In this document: piece after piece, positions 28,138 through 41,515 of the stretch
Layout: each line of letters begins with the position of its first letter
Position numbering within the stretch: the first letter of the stretch is position 1
DNA from: Eledone cirrhosa
Lineage: Eukaryota
Length of the DNA: 64,000 nt
Direction of reading: 5' to 3'
NCBI GenBank assembly: GCA_964016885.1
Contig: OZ024754.1
Coordinates: 21,700,001-21,764,000 of the forward strand
Translations under genes and position numbers: made by a program
Notes under the pieces: generated by a model
Database searches by the model: none
What the model saw: only the letters and a program-made list of their open reading frames with translations
What the model was told of the DNA's origin: nothing

Positions 28138-28846
28138 AGAATGTCCAAACATTGAGTCCCAAGTGACATCTTCTCAAATGCGCTGGACAGGACATATTGT
28201 CTGCATGAAAGAAAGCAGGATCCCAAAGCAACTGTTTTACAGTGGGCTTCATCTTGGAAAAAGACCTCAACACAAACCGAAAATGAGGTTCAGGGACAGC
28301 ATCAAAAACAATCTCAAAGAGCTGGGAGGAGATGGCTCTAAATAGGGTCTCAAACTGCTGGGAGGAGATGGCTCTAAATATTGTTGAGTAGAGAAAGCGC
28401 ATAAAGAGTATTTGCACAACTTTTGAGGTATGTTGTTTAGAACATAAACGACTGAACCGTGCTGACAGTCTTGATGAAGTCATCAGTAGTTGGACATGCT
28501 ATTTCTGTCAGCGTGTACCCCTCTCAAAGGCTGGTTATGTTAATACCTGAAGTCACATGAAAGTATAATCACCTGAAACACCACTCAACAAAGACCTGGT
28601 GAAACAACTTGCGTGAACAAAGTGCGTAGAACTAGTTCCGGACTAAAAAAACACATGGTGGTACATAAAGATTGTGTCCCACATGGTGACACCACCGGTT
28701 CTGTGGAAAGCACAACTCTTTTCTGTCACCTGTGTCATAAACCATGCGTATCTACAGCTGGCCTAAAAAGTCATGGGGACGCAGATGGGATGATAACAAA
28801 GAATCAATAAGAGACAGCAATCGTCTGTAAAGATGCTGCAATCCTC
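28138..28846 (+). mobile_element. Degenerate BovB-like RTE 3' end with C-terminal C2H2 finger remnants
   Basis: QMRWTGHIVCMKESRIPKQLFYSGL...KPKMRFRDSIK; then CYFC..., SGLKKHMVVH, CHLCHKPCVSTAGLKSH. Confidence 0.75.
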
Positions 28847-28849
28847 ATG

Positions 28850-28932
<83 letters not shown>

Positions 28933-29665
28933 ATATGGGTAATAACTTGGTAGAAATATCCAAGGTATAGAATAACTCAAGTCCGTAGAGCAAATTTTAA
29001 TATAATTATTAAAGCCAGTTACTACTAAATTTTATTGTCCATCATGCATTGTTTTATCCTTCTTAAATCAAATCTACATTATATATTTATATATGTACGT
29101 GTGTATAATATGTATAAAGTCAAGGAAACATGAAACGAATGAACAAGAGGATGCAATAACATAGTCCATTAGTTTCATGCTTGGAGAAAGAATGTATGAG
29201 TTGCATAGTCAACGTATCGGGTATTTGCCCCTCAATGGGAATGATGCAAAAAATAAAATTAAATAAACGGTAGTTGAAATAATGTTAGGAAGATATTACA
29301 AAAATAATAAAGAGGAGAGAGGGGGAGTGGTTCGGTGTCCTGGTGGAGGTGGGTGTTTATGTGTAGGTGAGGTGCACATTATGGTGCATTTGCGTGTGTG
29401 TGGGTGTTAAGTGTTTTGATGGTGGATGTGTGTGTTCATAAGTATGTGAGAGCATCTGTATGTTGTTGGTTGTGTATCTATATATGTCTCTCTCCTCTGT
29501 GTGTGTGTGTATATATATATATATGTGAATGCATTTTGTAATATGCAGTTTGAAGGTTACAAAAATTATCAATATACTACTTGTTTTGTTTTCATTTATC
29601 TCTTTGATAAAAAAAACCGAATGGCATTTGATTTGTGAATTTATTTATTTATTTATTTATTTCAG

Positions 29666-30289
29666 GTCCAGGGCAAAGATCCTTCAGTGGATATCACTCA
29701 AGACGTTGTAGAAGAATCTGAAGATGAGCGCTTTGATGACATGCCCGATGCAGCTCCACCAATTGAGTTGCCTCCGTGTGATTTAAGCAAACTCGAAGAG
29801 ATCTCAGAACTGTTTAACAACGTGCTTCCGTCGCCAATACGGCGAGAGAAACTCTCAGTAGCAATAGAAACTGAAAATTACATAAAAAAACTTATAGATT
29901 TATTTCATATGTGTGAGGACCTTGACAACATTGATGGTTTACATCACCTTTATGACATTTTTAAGAGCATCTTTTTGCTTAACAAAAATGCTCTATTTGA
30001 GATCATGTTTGCTGATGATATTATATTTGATGTCGTCGGCATCCTAGAATATGACTCTTCTCTATCTCAGCCAGCTAGACATAGAGAGTACTTACAAAAC
30101 ACATCGCGGTTCAAAGAAGTTATACCCATCATAAATACAGAATTGCGGAACAAAATCCACCAAACTTACAGAGTACAGTATATCCAGGATGTGATATTAC
30201 CAACACCTTCAGTTTTTGAAGAAAACATCTTGTCAACATTAAGTTCCTTCATATTTTTCAATAAAGTAGAAATTGTTACAATGATACAG
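29666..30289 (+). CDS. PPP4R3: PPP4R3/SMEK coding exon (first in window; EVH1-coding exons lie upstream)
   Basis: ttcag|[26 protein letters not shown]...[24 protein letters not shown]...[14 protein letters not shown]|gtaaat; 624 nt, phase 0-0. Confidence 0.95.
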
Positions 30290-30446
30290 GTAAATATTTC
30301 TTTTTACAACTTAACTTGTTTTTCAATTAGCTATTATATATTCTCCCTTATACTAGAATCTTCATTAATTAATGTTAATATTATGAGTGGCATATTGCTG
30401 AGAGAGAAGACAATGAATTGCTGAAAATCACGGGAGTTGAACCATT

Positions 30447-31994
30447 AACTAGGTGTTGATGAATGGCTTGTGAGAGCTATACAAGCCATGTATAAAGAAA
30501 CAGTCAGTAAGGTTAGAATTAACAACGAATATAGTGAAGAGTTTAGCGTAAAAGTTGGTGTTCATCAGGGCTCCGTCCTTAGCCCCCTCCTATTTATTAT
30601 TGCCCTTCAGGCTATAACAGAGGAGTTCAAGACCGGCCACCCATGGGAACTCTTATACGCAGATGATCTAACGCTCATAGCTGAATCAATGGCCGAACTG
30701 GAGAAGAAATTCCAAACATGGAAGCATGGCTTAGAATCAAAAGGCCTTAAAATTAACCTGTCTAAGACTAAAGTTCTAGTCTGTAGGAAGGAAAATAGGG
30801 CACCAGTCCCATCTGGGAAGTGGCCATGCTCAGTGTGTAGGAAAGGAGTAGGCAGAAACTCCGTTTTATGTCCCAAATGCAAAGTATGGGCGCATAAAAG
30901 ATGTAGTTGGATCACAGGTAAGCTAACTAAGAATATAGATTTTATATGTGGCCAGTGCTCTGGTGCAATAAGTAGCAGTAAGTGCCCACAAAATACTAGC
31001 TCTTTCAATTGCGCAGAGGGTTCTATAGAGATAGTGGACACCTTCCGTTACCTGGGTGACAAAATCAGCAGTGGTGGAGGGTGCTCTGAAAGTACAGAAG
31101 TTAGCGTCAAAACGGGATGGAAAAGTTCAGAGAGCTTATACCACTATTGGCCGCTAAAGGGTTCTCTTTAAAAATGAAAGGCAGGCTGTATGATGCCTGC
31201 ATACGAACAGCAATGTTACATGGCAGTGAGACCTGGGCATTATGTGCAGAGGATATACGCAGACTGGAGAGGAACGAAGCTTGCATGCTCCGCTGGATGT
31301 GTAATAGTAATATACGTGAACGGCAAAGCATAAATGAACTAAGGGAGAAATTAGGAATAAGAGGGATCAGATGTTGTTTACTCGAGAGAAGACTACGTTG
31401 GTACGGTCACGTGATGCGCATGAATGACAACAGCTGTATAAAAAAGTGCAGGGCGATAAAAATAGACGGTAGCCACGGAGTAGGCAGACCCAGAAAAACC
31501 TCGGACGACTTGATAAATTCCAACCTCACACACTTACACCTCTCCAAGACAATGTCACTGGACCGAGATCTTTGGCGCTACACAGTAATACAGAAGACCC
31601 GCCTTGCCTAAGTACAAAGCGAAACCTACAGTCAGTAGGCTCCGCTAACAAAAATACACCCGTCCCACTACCCCCACTCCATCCACACCACCCCTTCCAA
31701 TGTAAAGTTATGTTGCTACCACAACATCCAGTCCGAAACAAATGAGGTCGTGTAGGTGTCACGACAAAAAAACACACAGTACACGCTGTAATGTGGCCGT
31801 GTAGGTAACACGGTAAAAACCTCCCAGTCCACACTGTAAACGGGGTTGGTGTTAGGAAGGGCATCCAGCTGTAGAAAACCCGCCAGACAGTCCTATACGA
31901 GCAAGACAGCCAATCTTGCCTCAAGTGGGAAAATTCCCGTCCAAACCCATGCTAGCGTGGAAGATGGACGTTAAACGATGATGATGATGATGAT
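30447..31994 (+). mobile_element. RTE family A, 5'-truncated, intronic
   Basis: ORFs 30470-31171 and 31117-31611, 3' UTR and (TGA)n tail. Confidence 0.93.
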
Positions 31995-32001
31995 ATACAT
32001 A

Positions 32002-32301
32002 CAGTGGGACCTCGGTTCATGAACTTAATTTGTTCCTGAAGACTGTTTGCCAACCAAAACTATTTTCCCTATATGAAATGTTGAGAGAGAGACTGTTTGA
32101 AAGACATAGATATCACCTTAGTAACTAACTACACAGCAAGCAAGTGATGCTTTCCTGCCGATACTCCTTGTTGCCAACTGTTGTTGCCAGCCTGCATATT
32201 CGTTACTGGAGACACTGTGAACCGAGATATTTTGTTTGGAAAAATTGTTTGTGAACCAATTTGTTCGTGATGTGGGTCATTAGTGAACTGAGGTTCCACT
32301 G
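32002..32301. mobile_element. Tc1/mariner-pogo(Tigger)-like MITE
   Basis: TA|CAGTGGGACCTCGGTTCA...TGAACTGAGGTTCCACTG|TA: terminal inverted repeats with TA duplication. Confidence 0.8.
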
Positions 32302-32570
32302 TATTATTATTTTTCTAATGATGTTATTTTACAGAATTAAAGAGTAAAGATCTTGGTAGAGAAGATACTTCAATTGTGTCATAGTAACTTCCCTAATGCT
32401 TGTGCCATGATAAAACTCATCCAGCACACTCTGTAAAGTGGTTGGCAAATAGAATATTAAATATTTTAAAAGGTATTGAAATGTAACCTTAAAAATATTT
32501 AATTGGTCTTTTATATTGCTGGATGAATTACCATAAAGACCATGGAGAATGATGGTAATTTAAGAATTAA

Positions 32571-32788
32571 CCCTTTAGCATTTAAACCGGCCATATCCAG
32601 CCAGATTTCTCTCACCTCTTGCAGTTCAAACTGGCCATAACCGGCTGCTTATATTTATGTTAAGGTATTGTTCTCAAAATAAATATCAAAATCATGTAGA
32701 TTTGATATTATGTGAGATGATTATTTGAGATAAAGCCTTTACCATGAAAATATAATAGTATATCTAGAGTAATGTAAATGTTAAAGGG
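32571..32788. mobile_element. piggyBac-like MITE (copies also at 45035-45197, ~60177-60334 and 62700-62887)
   Basis: TTAA|CCCTTTAGCATTTA...TAAATGTTAAAGGG|TTA; shared internal sequence between copies. Confidence 0.78.
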
Positions 32789-33622
32789 TTATAGAAGCTC
32801 TCCTTATAAACAGGCATAAGCCGAACATCAATAATTGATCAGAGCTATATAGAGCAGACTAGCAGTTATAAGTTTGTGGGAACAGAACACTTTTTTTTTC
32901 TGCATTGATCATTTGAAAAGGTCTTTATCTTGAAGTATTATTAAAGTATATTGAGTAAAAAGATTTTGTTCTGTTTTGTCATCCTTTCATCCCAGTTCCA
33001 TCTTTATATTTCTATCAACATTGTTCAGGCTTTCCCAACATTTTATTATTTATTATGTATATTATGTATACAAATGTAAGAAAATAGAAATCTTTTACTC
33101 CAAACATAATCCATGGCCTTAAAATAAATTGAAAAAGACTAATAACTATTATTTTTCTGTTTATTAATAATTTACCATTATAGCATTTAAGTATGAATTG
33201 TTATGGGTATGTAACCTATTGGTTAAAGTGTTGGACTGAAAATGCTAAATTTGTGAGTTTGATTCCTGAAGCAGGGAGTGCATTGTGTTCTTGCAAAATA
33301 TTTCATTTCTTGTTGTTTTTAAGGATAGGACTAGGTCTCCATATCATTAAAACATCCGAGAAACCTCCTCTGAGATGCAATCTCGTTGAAGGATAGGTGT
33401 TCTTGAGCAAGATATTTAATTTTATGTTGTTTTTCAGGATAGGACTAGGTCCCCAATCATTAAAACACCTGAGAAACTGCAAATCTCATTGAAGGATAGC
33501 TAAATCTGCATCAGCGTGAGCTGTAAATGTTATTTGATTTCCATTTTCTTTGTTTATTATTGTTGGTATCTCTGTTGAAATATTTTGATACAATTGTATA
33601 TCTTCTTTCTTTGATGTTTCAG

Positions 33623-33772
33623 GAAGATGAAAAGTTCTTAAACAGTTTATTCACTCAACTTACTGATGATGAAACAGATGATGAAAAGAGGAGAGAATTA
33701 GTTCTATTCCTTAAGGAATTTTGTACATTTTCTCAAACGTTACAACCACAAAACAGGGACTCCTTTTTTAAG
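33623..33772 (+). CDS. PPP4R3: PPP4R3 coding exon
   Basis: ttcag|[15 protein letters not shown]...[23 protein letters not shown]|gtgaat; 150 nt. Confidence 0.95.
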
Positions 33773-34492
33773 GTGAATATTTTAATGTCAAAAGGAAAAG
33801 AAATAAAAGATCGTCGACTAGCATTGAGTTAATTTTGTAGAGCCAGTTAAAATTTTCTTTAAATTCTTGGTATTTTTTACGTAATATATTTAGATGCTTA
33901 AGTGACAAGATGTTAAACTTTTCCATTTAATTTGATAGCTATATATACACTGATAAAGATTTCAGTCTTATATTAGCAAGTAGTTCTGGCTATGAAACCA
34001 TTTGATTTAGAAATGGATACAATTCTTGATTCTTTTCTGGTTGTAAAACCATAACAATGTAAAATGATAGTAAAAATAAACCAGTCTCGTGAACCCTTTC
34101 ATTACTGCTATATAGAAAAAATAGTTTCAAATTCAGTCCCACAATATAGCATCATGGGTGAGTGCCTACTGCTGTAGCTTCAGACTAACCAATGTTTTGC
34201 AATTGGATTTGGTAGACAGAAATTGTAAGGAAGTCCCTTAGTGTATGTGTGTATACCAGTAGACAAAAGTCAGCAGGGTGTATATCATACTTAAAATAAA
34301 GTATGGGTTGGTGTCAAGAAAGAACATTGGGTCATAGAAAGCCAGCTGAAAAAAAGCTCTTCTAAAACGTGCGGACATGGAAAAAAACTGATGGAAAAAC
34401 AATGATGTTGAGAAAATAATGTCCAAAACCACCCATTTTAAACATATAATTTTATATAATAATCATTTAAGCTTACTAATACTATCTTAATA

Positions 34493-34607
34493 ATTGTTTC
34501 TACGTTAGGCACAAGGCCAGCAAATACCCAGTGTATTACTGGTACTTTATTTTATCGACCCCGTAAGGATGAAAGGCAAAGTTAACCTCGGCGGGATTTG
34601 AACTCAG
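34493..34607 (-). mobile_element. 5'-truncated SINE with Meta-like central domain
   Basis: Minus strand GAGTTCAAATCCCGCCGAGGTTAACTTTGCCTTTCATCCTTACGGGGTCGATAAAATAAAGTACCAG; same family at 45350-45480 and ~58010-58170. Confidence 0.78.
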
Positions 34608-34613
34608 AATACT

Positions 34614-34945
34614 GGAGGCACATGGCTTAGTGGTTAGAGCATTGGCCTTGCAATCAAATGGTTGTGAGTTCAATTCTCAGACAGGGTGATGTGTTGTTTC
34701 CTTGAGCAAGACACTTTATTTCACATTGCTCCAGTTTACTCAGCTGTAGAAATGAGATGATAGGGACTGGGGTCCCTATCATTCCACTGCAAAGTGGTCG
34801 TGGAGGTGCCACGGCAAAAAAGCACCCAGCACTCACTGTAAATGAGGTTGGTGTTAGGAAGGGCATCCAGCTGTAGAAATCAAGCCAGAATCAGTTCCCG
34901 TCCCACCCTTGCAAGCAGGGAAAAGCGGACGTAAAAATGAAATGA
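34614..34945 (+). mobile_element. tRNA-CORE SINE with RTE-B tail, full length
   Basis: Near-identical to 547-885; flanked by AATACT direct repeat. Confidence 0.9.
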
Positions 34946-35145
34946 AATACTATCTTAATATTGAAATAATTTTAGTAAATCCCCTAAAATTCTTCATTAC
35001 TTACATTAATTAATTGAAATAGAGTATATTTTATAAGAAATACTGTCACAAAAGGGTTAAATTATTTGAATAGGAGATTTTGGTTTATATTTCCCATTCA
35101 GTATTGTTTCAATGTTAGTTTATATCTAATATTTATTCCTCACAG

Positions 35146-35190
35146 ACTTTATCTAATCTTGGAATTCTGTCAGCTATAGAAATTATTTTG
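35146..35190 (+). CDS. PPP4R3: PPP4R3 coding exon (45 nt)
   Basis: cacag|TLSNLGILSAIEIIL|gtaagt. Confidence 0.9.
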
Positions 35191-35427
35191 GTAAGTAGAA
35201 CTTTTCTTCGTTGTTGTATTCTTGTTTGATGATTTCTATATTATTTTATATTTGAACAAACTCCAAATGGATAAAAGGCATAGTTGACTTCAGTGGGATT
35301 TTAACTCAGAGTGCAGAGAACTGAAACAAATACTGCAAGGCATCCTATCTGAAATTCTAACAACTTTGCCAGTTGGCCACCGGAAAAGAATAATAAAACA
35401 GCTAACAACATGAGACGTGTTATTATA

Positions 35428-35752
35428 TAGGTGTAGGCATGGCTGTGTGGTTTAAAGAGCTCACTTAATCATGTGCTTCCAGATTCAGTCCCACTGTGGG
35501 GCACCATAGGTGTCTTCTACCTATAGTCTCAGATTGACTGATGTCTTGCGAATGGAATTTAGTAGATGGAAACTAAAGATGTTCGTCGCATGTGTGTTTT
35601 GTGTGTTCTGTAACTTAGTGGCTCGAGAAAAAAACGATTGATAAAATAAGTACCAGACTTCAAAAATAAGATCTGGAGTTGATATGATAGACGAAAAAAT
35701 GGCTGTGCACCAGTGTAACTGCAGTTTAATGACTGAAACCAGTAAAAGAATA
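35428..35752 (+). mobile_element. Old tRNA-derived SINE (third family; related pieces at ~34120-34400 and ~39150-39410)
   Basis: GGCATGGCTGTGTGG...GATTCAGTCCCACTG head; shared GGATTTGGTAGAC.GAAA and TAAGTACCAGA segments between copies. Confidence 0.65.
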
Positions 35753-36606
35753 TATTAGTATGGGGATATCACACTAAACAGTTGTTTTGCTAATGAGATT
35801 GTGTGGTGCAAGTGTTTTCTGTAATGATTGCCATAATAACAGCAGAATTATGTGAATTTAGATTTTTTAAAATAAAACTATTTTATTGGTTTATATAGTT
35901 GGCTGTTGTAGAAATGTTTAATAATGTCTAATCTATTATAAAAGGCTGCAAAGTTGGACAGAATGCTTTATGGTCCTTGTTCTGGTGTTCTGAATTCAAT
36001 TCACATGGAGGTCACCTTTGTCTTTCATCCTTTTGAGGTCTATAAAAGAAGTGCTAGTCTAGTATTGGGGTTCAGCTGTTTGTCTATGTCTGAAAGCAAT
36101 TGGCTGTGTTCAGACATGAAGTGAAATGTATTCAGCCAGTTTTAAATGACCACAATGGTGTCCTCACATCCCCTCTCCATCAGGAGTTAAAGGCCTGTGC
36201 TGTTGAATCTACTCTATTAGATTGTTAATGATAAAATTATACATACTAAAACAAATGTATATTTTGTTTTCTATGAGAGAAGTATAGGTTTAACTCTTTC
36301 ATTACCATATTTCTAATGAAAAATACTGCCTATAATTAATAATGAAAATAATCAATAATTTGGATGGATTTAATGATATGGCTAACTTTCTCATTGTTAA
36401 GCTGGTGTTTGGAACAAAATTTAAAGGTGCTTAGAATTACGAGAGGTTTTTTTGATAAATCTAAACACCTTAAAAAATATAGTCTCAGAATTAGGAGCAG
36501 TTTTAGGCAATTGGTTATCAAAAGTGTTAATGATTCAAATTTCCAGAAAATGTGTTTACTTTATAATGGATCAAGTACTTGTTATAGAATGTGATTTCAA
36601 TTTTAG

Positions 36607-36723
36607 GGGTTAGATGACGAGCAGATGAAAACCGCAGCCATTGACATATTTTCCTACATAGTGGAGTTCAGTCCGTCCATGGTTCGTGAATTCATTCTTC
36701 TGGAAGGACAAAGTCAAGATGAT
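36607..36723 (+). CDS. PPP4R3: PPP4R3 coding exon
   Basis: tttag|[39 protein letters not shown]|gtaaga; 117 nt. Confidence 0.93.
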
Positions 36724-37080
36724 GTAAGAAACTTTTGTTCAATTTATTATTGTGTGTGAAGGCATGTAGCCTAGTGGCTAGGGTGTTGAACTTATGACCA
36801 TAAGGTCGTGTGTTCAATTCCTGAACTGGGCACCTCTTTTCACAATAGACTTGGGAGTTCCTATGAGATTCTATCTCATAGGAGGCCAGCTAAACCTGCA
36901 TAGGTATAACTGTAAATTTGTCATTAAAGCTTAAAATATTTGCATTATTTATGGTTACTGTTGTTAAGAAATTGTTGGGAAATATTTCATTTTATGAAAA
37001 AAAATACTGTTTTATTTTTTCTTTGATTTTGTCTTGTTTGGCAACTAAAATTATTTCTATAACTTATTTTACTTTCTTAG

Positions 37081-37135
37081 GAAGATTTATTAATCAACTT
37101 AGTCATTGAACAGATGATCAATGACACAGATCCAG
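37081..37135 (+). CDS. PPP4R3: PPP4R3 coding exon (55 nt, ends phase 1)
   Basis: cttag|EDLLINLVIEQMINDTDP-G|gtaag. Confidence 0.92.
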
Positions 37136-39440
37136 GTAAGATTCCTTTATCTAATTCTTACATTTACTCTATTTGTTATTTAATATTTTCTTACTTGTAT
37201 ATTTTTCATGTTAATTGTGTTGTCTCTGTGTTATTTGGTGTATCCGCTTTAGAATAGGCATACTATGTCTGGGCATTTTTAGAGGTGACTAAAAGGGTTA
37301 GTGCCTGGGAGGGCATCTGACTGTAAAACGGAAAGGACTCCATGATGAGCAGGCTGTCATGGTGCCCATAACGTTTACCCCTGGTTAAACAAAGAAAAAT
37401 CATCTTAAAACACTTGTTTTGTTTTGTATCTAGTTTGGTTTGTTTGTTTTGTTAGCAATTTTTTGCATGTTTATATATTGTAACATTTTTAATGAGTAGT
37501 GTAGAAACTTTGTGTGTGTATATGTATGTATATATTTATATAGCATTTTATTGGTGACAATGTAGAAGTTTTCTGTGTATGTATATATACAGTGTAGGAG
37601 TTTTCTTTGTATACATATATATATTTGTTGCATGTAACCTGTTCAGTCTTTAGTCATTATATTTTATGGGTTGTTTCAGTACTGATGGTTTTATATCAAG
37701 TTTTAAAATGACAATCTATAAAAGTTTTTTTTTTTTTTTAAATTTAATTAATAAAAAAAAAAAAAAGGTAACCTGCTAGTAACTGAAAAGCTTTTAAAAT
37801 CTTTCGTTATCATATTTCTAATATGAAGAATTTGGAAATTTAATTAAATACTATTTATAATAAATGATTCTTTTTAATGATGGAATATTTTAATTTAAAT
37901 AGGAATCTTTTAAAATGGGTGGTTGTGTTTCAAAGAACTGTGATCAATTTTTGGTTGAATTACAATCAAAAAGGTCAAAGAAGCATAGTGTTAATCATTC
38001 TTTTACTTGTTTCAGTCACTAGACTGGCCATGCTGAAGCACTATCTTGTAAAAGACTAGCATCCAGTCTCATCATTAAAACACCTGAAAAACTTCCTATG
38101 AGAGACAACCTCATAGGAGGCTACCTAAGCCTACATAGGTGAGAGTTGTAAAAAATATCCTGCTCCACTGGCCTTCCAGAGATTAGTGCATATTTCGCTC
38201 TGCCATTGCAATCCCCAATGTTTTGAAAGCATTTATTTTCTTTAAAATATCCTTGCTATTAAAACTTTTAAGTAATTTGTATAACTTCAACAAAAATTAA
38301 TATTATCTTAATTCTGAAAAGTATGTAGAACATGATAGATCTTTTCTAAGACATAACCATAAAAATATTAAGCTTAATTTAATTTATATATAACTTGCAC
38401 AAGACAACCTTTGCTTTTATTATTATTATTTTAATTAAAACCTTCCATCATAATTTTATGTATTCAAAGCCCCCTACATTATAGCAAAGTTAGTTTACAA
38501 AATCTCTTCAAATTCTTGAATATTTTGTAAAGTAATCGAAGCATTGACAGTAACTTTAAAAGAAATTTGGTAACAAAAGGGTTAAACAGAACAAAAAAAA
38601 ACAAAAAAGACATTAACACAGTTGTATTGCATACATAATGAAGTCTACATCATCATCATCCTCATCATTATCTTACTCTGCTTTCCTGGCGAGCATGGGC
38701 TGGATAGGTTGTCACAGTCTGAGACCAGATGGGTTGGAACAACCCAGTCTGTTCTCTTCCCTCTTATAGAACCGTGTATGTATGTTTGTGAGAAATTTGT
38801 TGAAAACATTTGAGAGGATCAAAAAAATAAATTGATTTGGGAATGACTAAAAGCTTAAATATGCTTGCATATATGTTCTTTTTTCAGTTTAAGATTTTAA
38901 TTTTTGGGTGCAGTTTATTTTATTCAGTATTTTTTCATGTACATTCGATATGTACAAACTGTATGTATCTGGTTTAGAATAGGCACACTGTATCACTGCA
39001 TCTTGAAGGTGATTAAAAGAGTTGGAACTCAGAAGGGTATCTGGTTGTAAAACTTTACTTCAAAAATTGAGTATGAAGCCTGTCTTGGACTTGCAAGGCT
39101 TTGCTTTAGCAAGGTAAATGATCTTAAAACAATTGTGATTAACATGAATGCTGGTTCAAATTTTATTAATGGACTAGTGTCTTCTATTATAGCCTTGTGT
39201 TGACCAATGCTTTGTAAGGGAAATTTGGTAGACAGAAATTGTAGAACCCTGTCGTATATATATGTGCATGCGTGCACGTGTCTAACTTAGCAGTTCGAAA
39301 AAAGAGTTCTCTAAAATACGTACCAGATTTCAAAAAATAAATACTAGGGTCGATATGACTTGGAAAAATCCCTTTAAAAGGTCGCAGCCTGAAACAAGTA
39401 AAAGAAAAGAATGAGTATATATCACCTATTTAAGGTTTAA

Positions 39441-40544
39441 CCCTTTAGCATTCGCATTCATTTTCAAATGTCACGCTTATCTGTTCGCATTATTTTGAAT
39501 AAATAAATAAATAAAGAAATCATTATTTTGAGTTAATCATACTCAAGAGGGTTATCAATTTTATTTGTTTATAACTTTCTTAATTTTCAATGTGCAGACT
39601 TGAAATTTTGTCAGATGTTTAAATATCAATAACTTACAATTATATAGATTTTTTTTGGGGTTAAATTTGACTTTTATGGGCAGGTGAAATTAATTAATAG
39701 GGGCATTTGAAGTATCAACCAGTTGCAAATACTGGTTTAATTTTAAATACGTTGTTTTCGGCATAATACTTGATATATAAGGATCACTAAACCTTATATA
39801 GTGCTCCAGTAATTCCACAGTCTTGGAAATTGTTTTATACCAAACATAATATTTATGGTAAAAAATGCTTGCATTTCCGCAGCATGTCGGTCGCCAAACA
39901 GATCAGGTTTTCCTCGATTTGAAATCTGTTGTTTGGCATATCAATTAATCTCTTTCGCCACAACTTCGAAGAAAGTTTGTGGTAAAAACAAAAAGAAATA
40001 ATCCAGTGCTTTAGCATTGGGAGCTAATGTGTGTTGTGGACCAGTATTTTGAATAAAATCGGGAACATATATTGATGTGGTATTTTACCACGTTGCTGTA
40101 ATATTTTCAATGGGTCCTGGAGATCTCCTTCGTTTTCACTTTCAAAACAACAATCATCGTCGGATGAAATTTCAGAAATGTAAACATCTGATTTATTTGA
40201 AGATAAATCACTAATATTATCTTTTGTTTCTTATTCATTTTGAATGTTATCGTGTGTAATACCTTCAAAGTCGGTATCGCTACTTTCACAAGCCATGTTG
40301 ATACACAAAAAATCTGTTCTACTTTCAATGTTAAAAAAACACGTGTTATTTTAAGTTGTTTCACTATATTGTGTTAATTTTCGTGGTAAGGGCCTAATCT
40401 TGCAGTAATTATCGAATTGATGAGAGTTTGATGATGGTTTGCTTATTTTTTTAACAATATTTTAGTGTGGGTATTTTCGGGCGGTTTGAACAAATGAAGG
40501 GGAAATAATTGTGGCCGGTTTCGGGCGGTTTGAACACTAAAGGG
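39441..40544 (-). mobile_element. Internally deleted piggyBac DNA transposon with decayed transposase N-terminus (~39690-40200); left boundary uncertain
   Basis: TTAA|CCCTTTAG...CTAAAGGG|TTAA. Subterminal repeat TTTCGGGCGGTTTGAACA x2. Minus translation PDFIQNTGP...ALDYFFLFL...KEIN*YA...EMQAFFTINIMFG...P...NYWS matches the piggyBac transposase pattern. Confidence 0.75.
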
Positions 40545-41446
40545 TTAATATAAATTTCTAATTTATTTTTCAAATCTTCATTTATATAAAAGTTTGTAAA
40601 CTGAAATTTTATATTTGTTAAACCGCTTTCTTCATATTTTGTAGTAGTGCAAATAAAATCTTTTGGTTGGAAATAATTGGAAGTAGCTGGTTTCTCTTTA
40701 CTTATTGTGTTTTGTTTTACTCAGAATGTTAGTGGATCTGTTGTAGGTCATTGCTGTTTTATGGGAACAATGTCCTTTTAGAATATTTTAAAAAAAGTTT
40801 TCATTTAAAGACAATATTAAATTATTTCTACTTTAATCTTACTTTATTTATCACTGATTGAGGTGGTTTGGTTTTATAGGTGTTACTGAAACATGAATAA
40901 TATTTCATTTAACTCATAATATCCTGCAATGATTTAGCAAAAAATATATAAAAACAAGTTTGTGATTTTAAATGTTTATAGCATCTTTACTAGTGGACTG
41001 ATTGTTGTGAAAATTTGCAACATTATAGTAAAAAATATTTTTAATGTGATGCAGCCATAGTGTTGTTTTGCTAATGCAGTTTCATATGGTACAGGATGTT
41101 AAGAGTTAAATTGGTACTTTTTATTTTAGTAAATTTTTTTTTTGCTGCATAGTTAAAGAGGGAAGGATACTGCCCGTGACCTTTTTTCAAACCCCCAAGA
41201 CTTGTGGGTGGGAAGGAGGAAGTTACCCCTGAAACTGGAGATCACTGCTGAATACTTGCAACAGTGGTATTGGTGTTTGCCTTTTCTCTTCATGGTTGAT
41301 GTAGGCTAGTTTGATGTGTTTATAATGTTATTTATTATTGTTTTTTTTTTTTTTTTTGTTTTTTTTTATTTTCTTCTCTTTCCTCCTGTTGGTTAAACTT
41401 TTATTTGTCCAAGATTGAGATATTTCCTCTGTTCATTCGCTCATAG

Positions 41447-41515
41447 AAATGAAAAGAAAGACATGTCTCAAGAGTTCACGCCGCCCGTTAAATCATTTGT
41501 TGGTCAGTAGATGGG
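41447..41515 (+). other. Candidate 69-nt in-frame cassette exon of PPP4R3
   Basis: Pyrimidine tract, catag|...|gtaaga, phase 1-1, open frame EMKRKTCLKSSRRPLNHLLVSRW. Confidence 0.4.

Noticed and set aside
29687-30424. Stand-alone 245-aa gene
   Set aside because: It is one PPP4R3 exon (29666-30289) with read-through into the intron
34614-34690. tRNA gene (also at 810-885, 27045-27115 and 52605-52680)
   Set aside because: A and B boxes are present but there is no proper acceptor stem, and the sequence continues into CORE and LINE tail, so these are SINE heads
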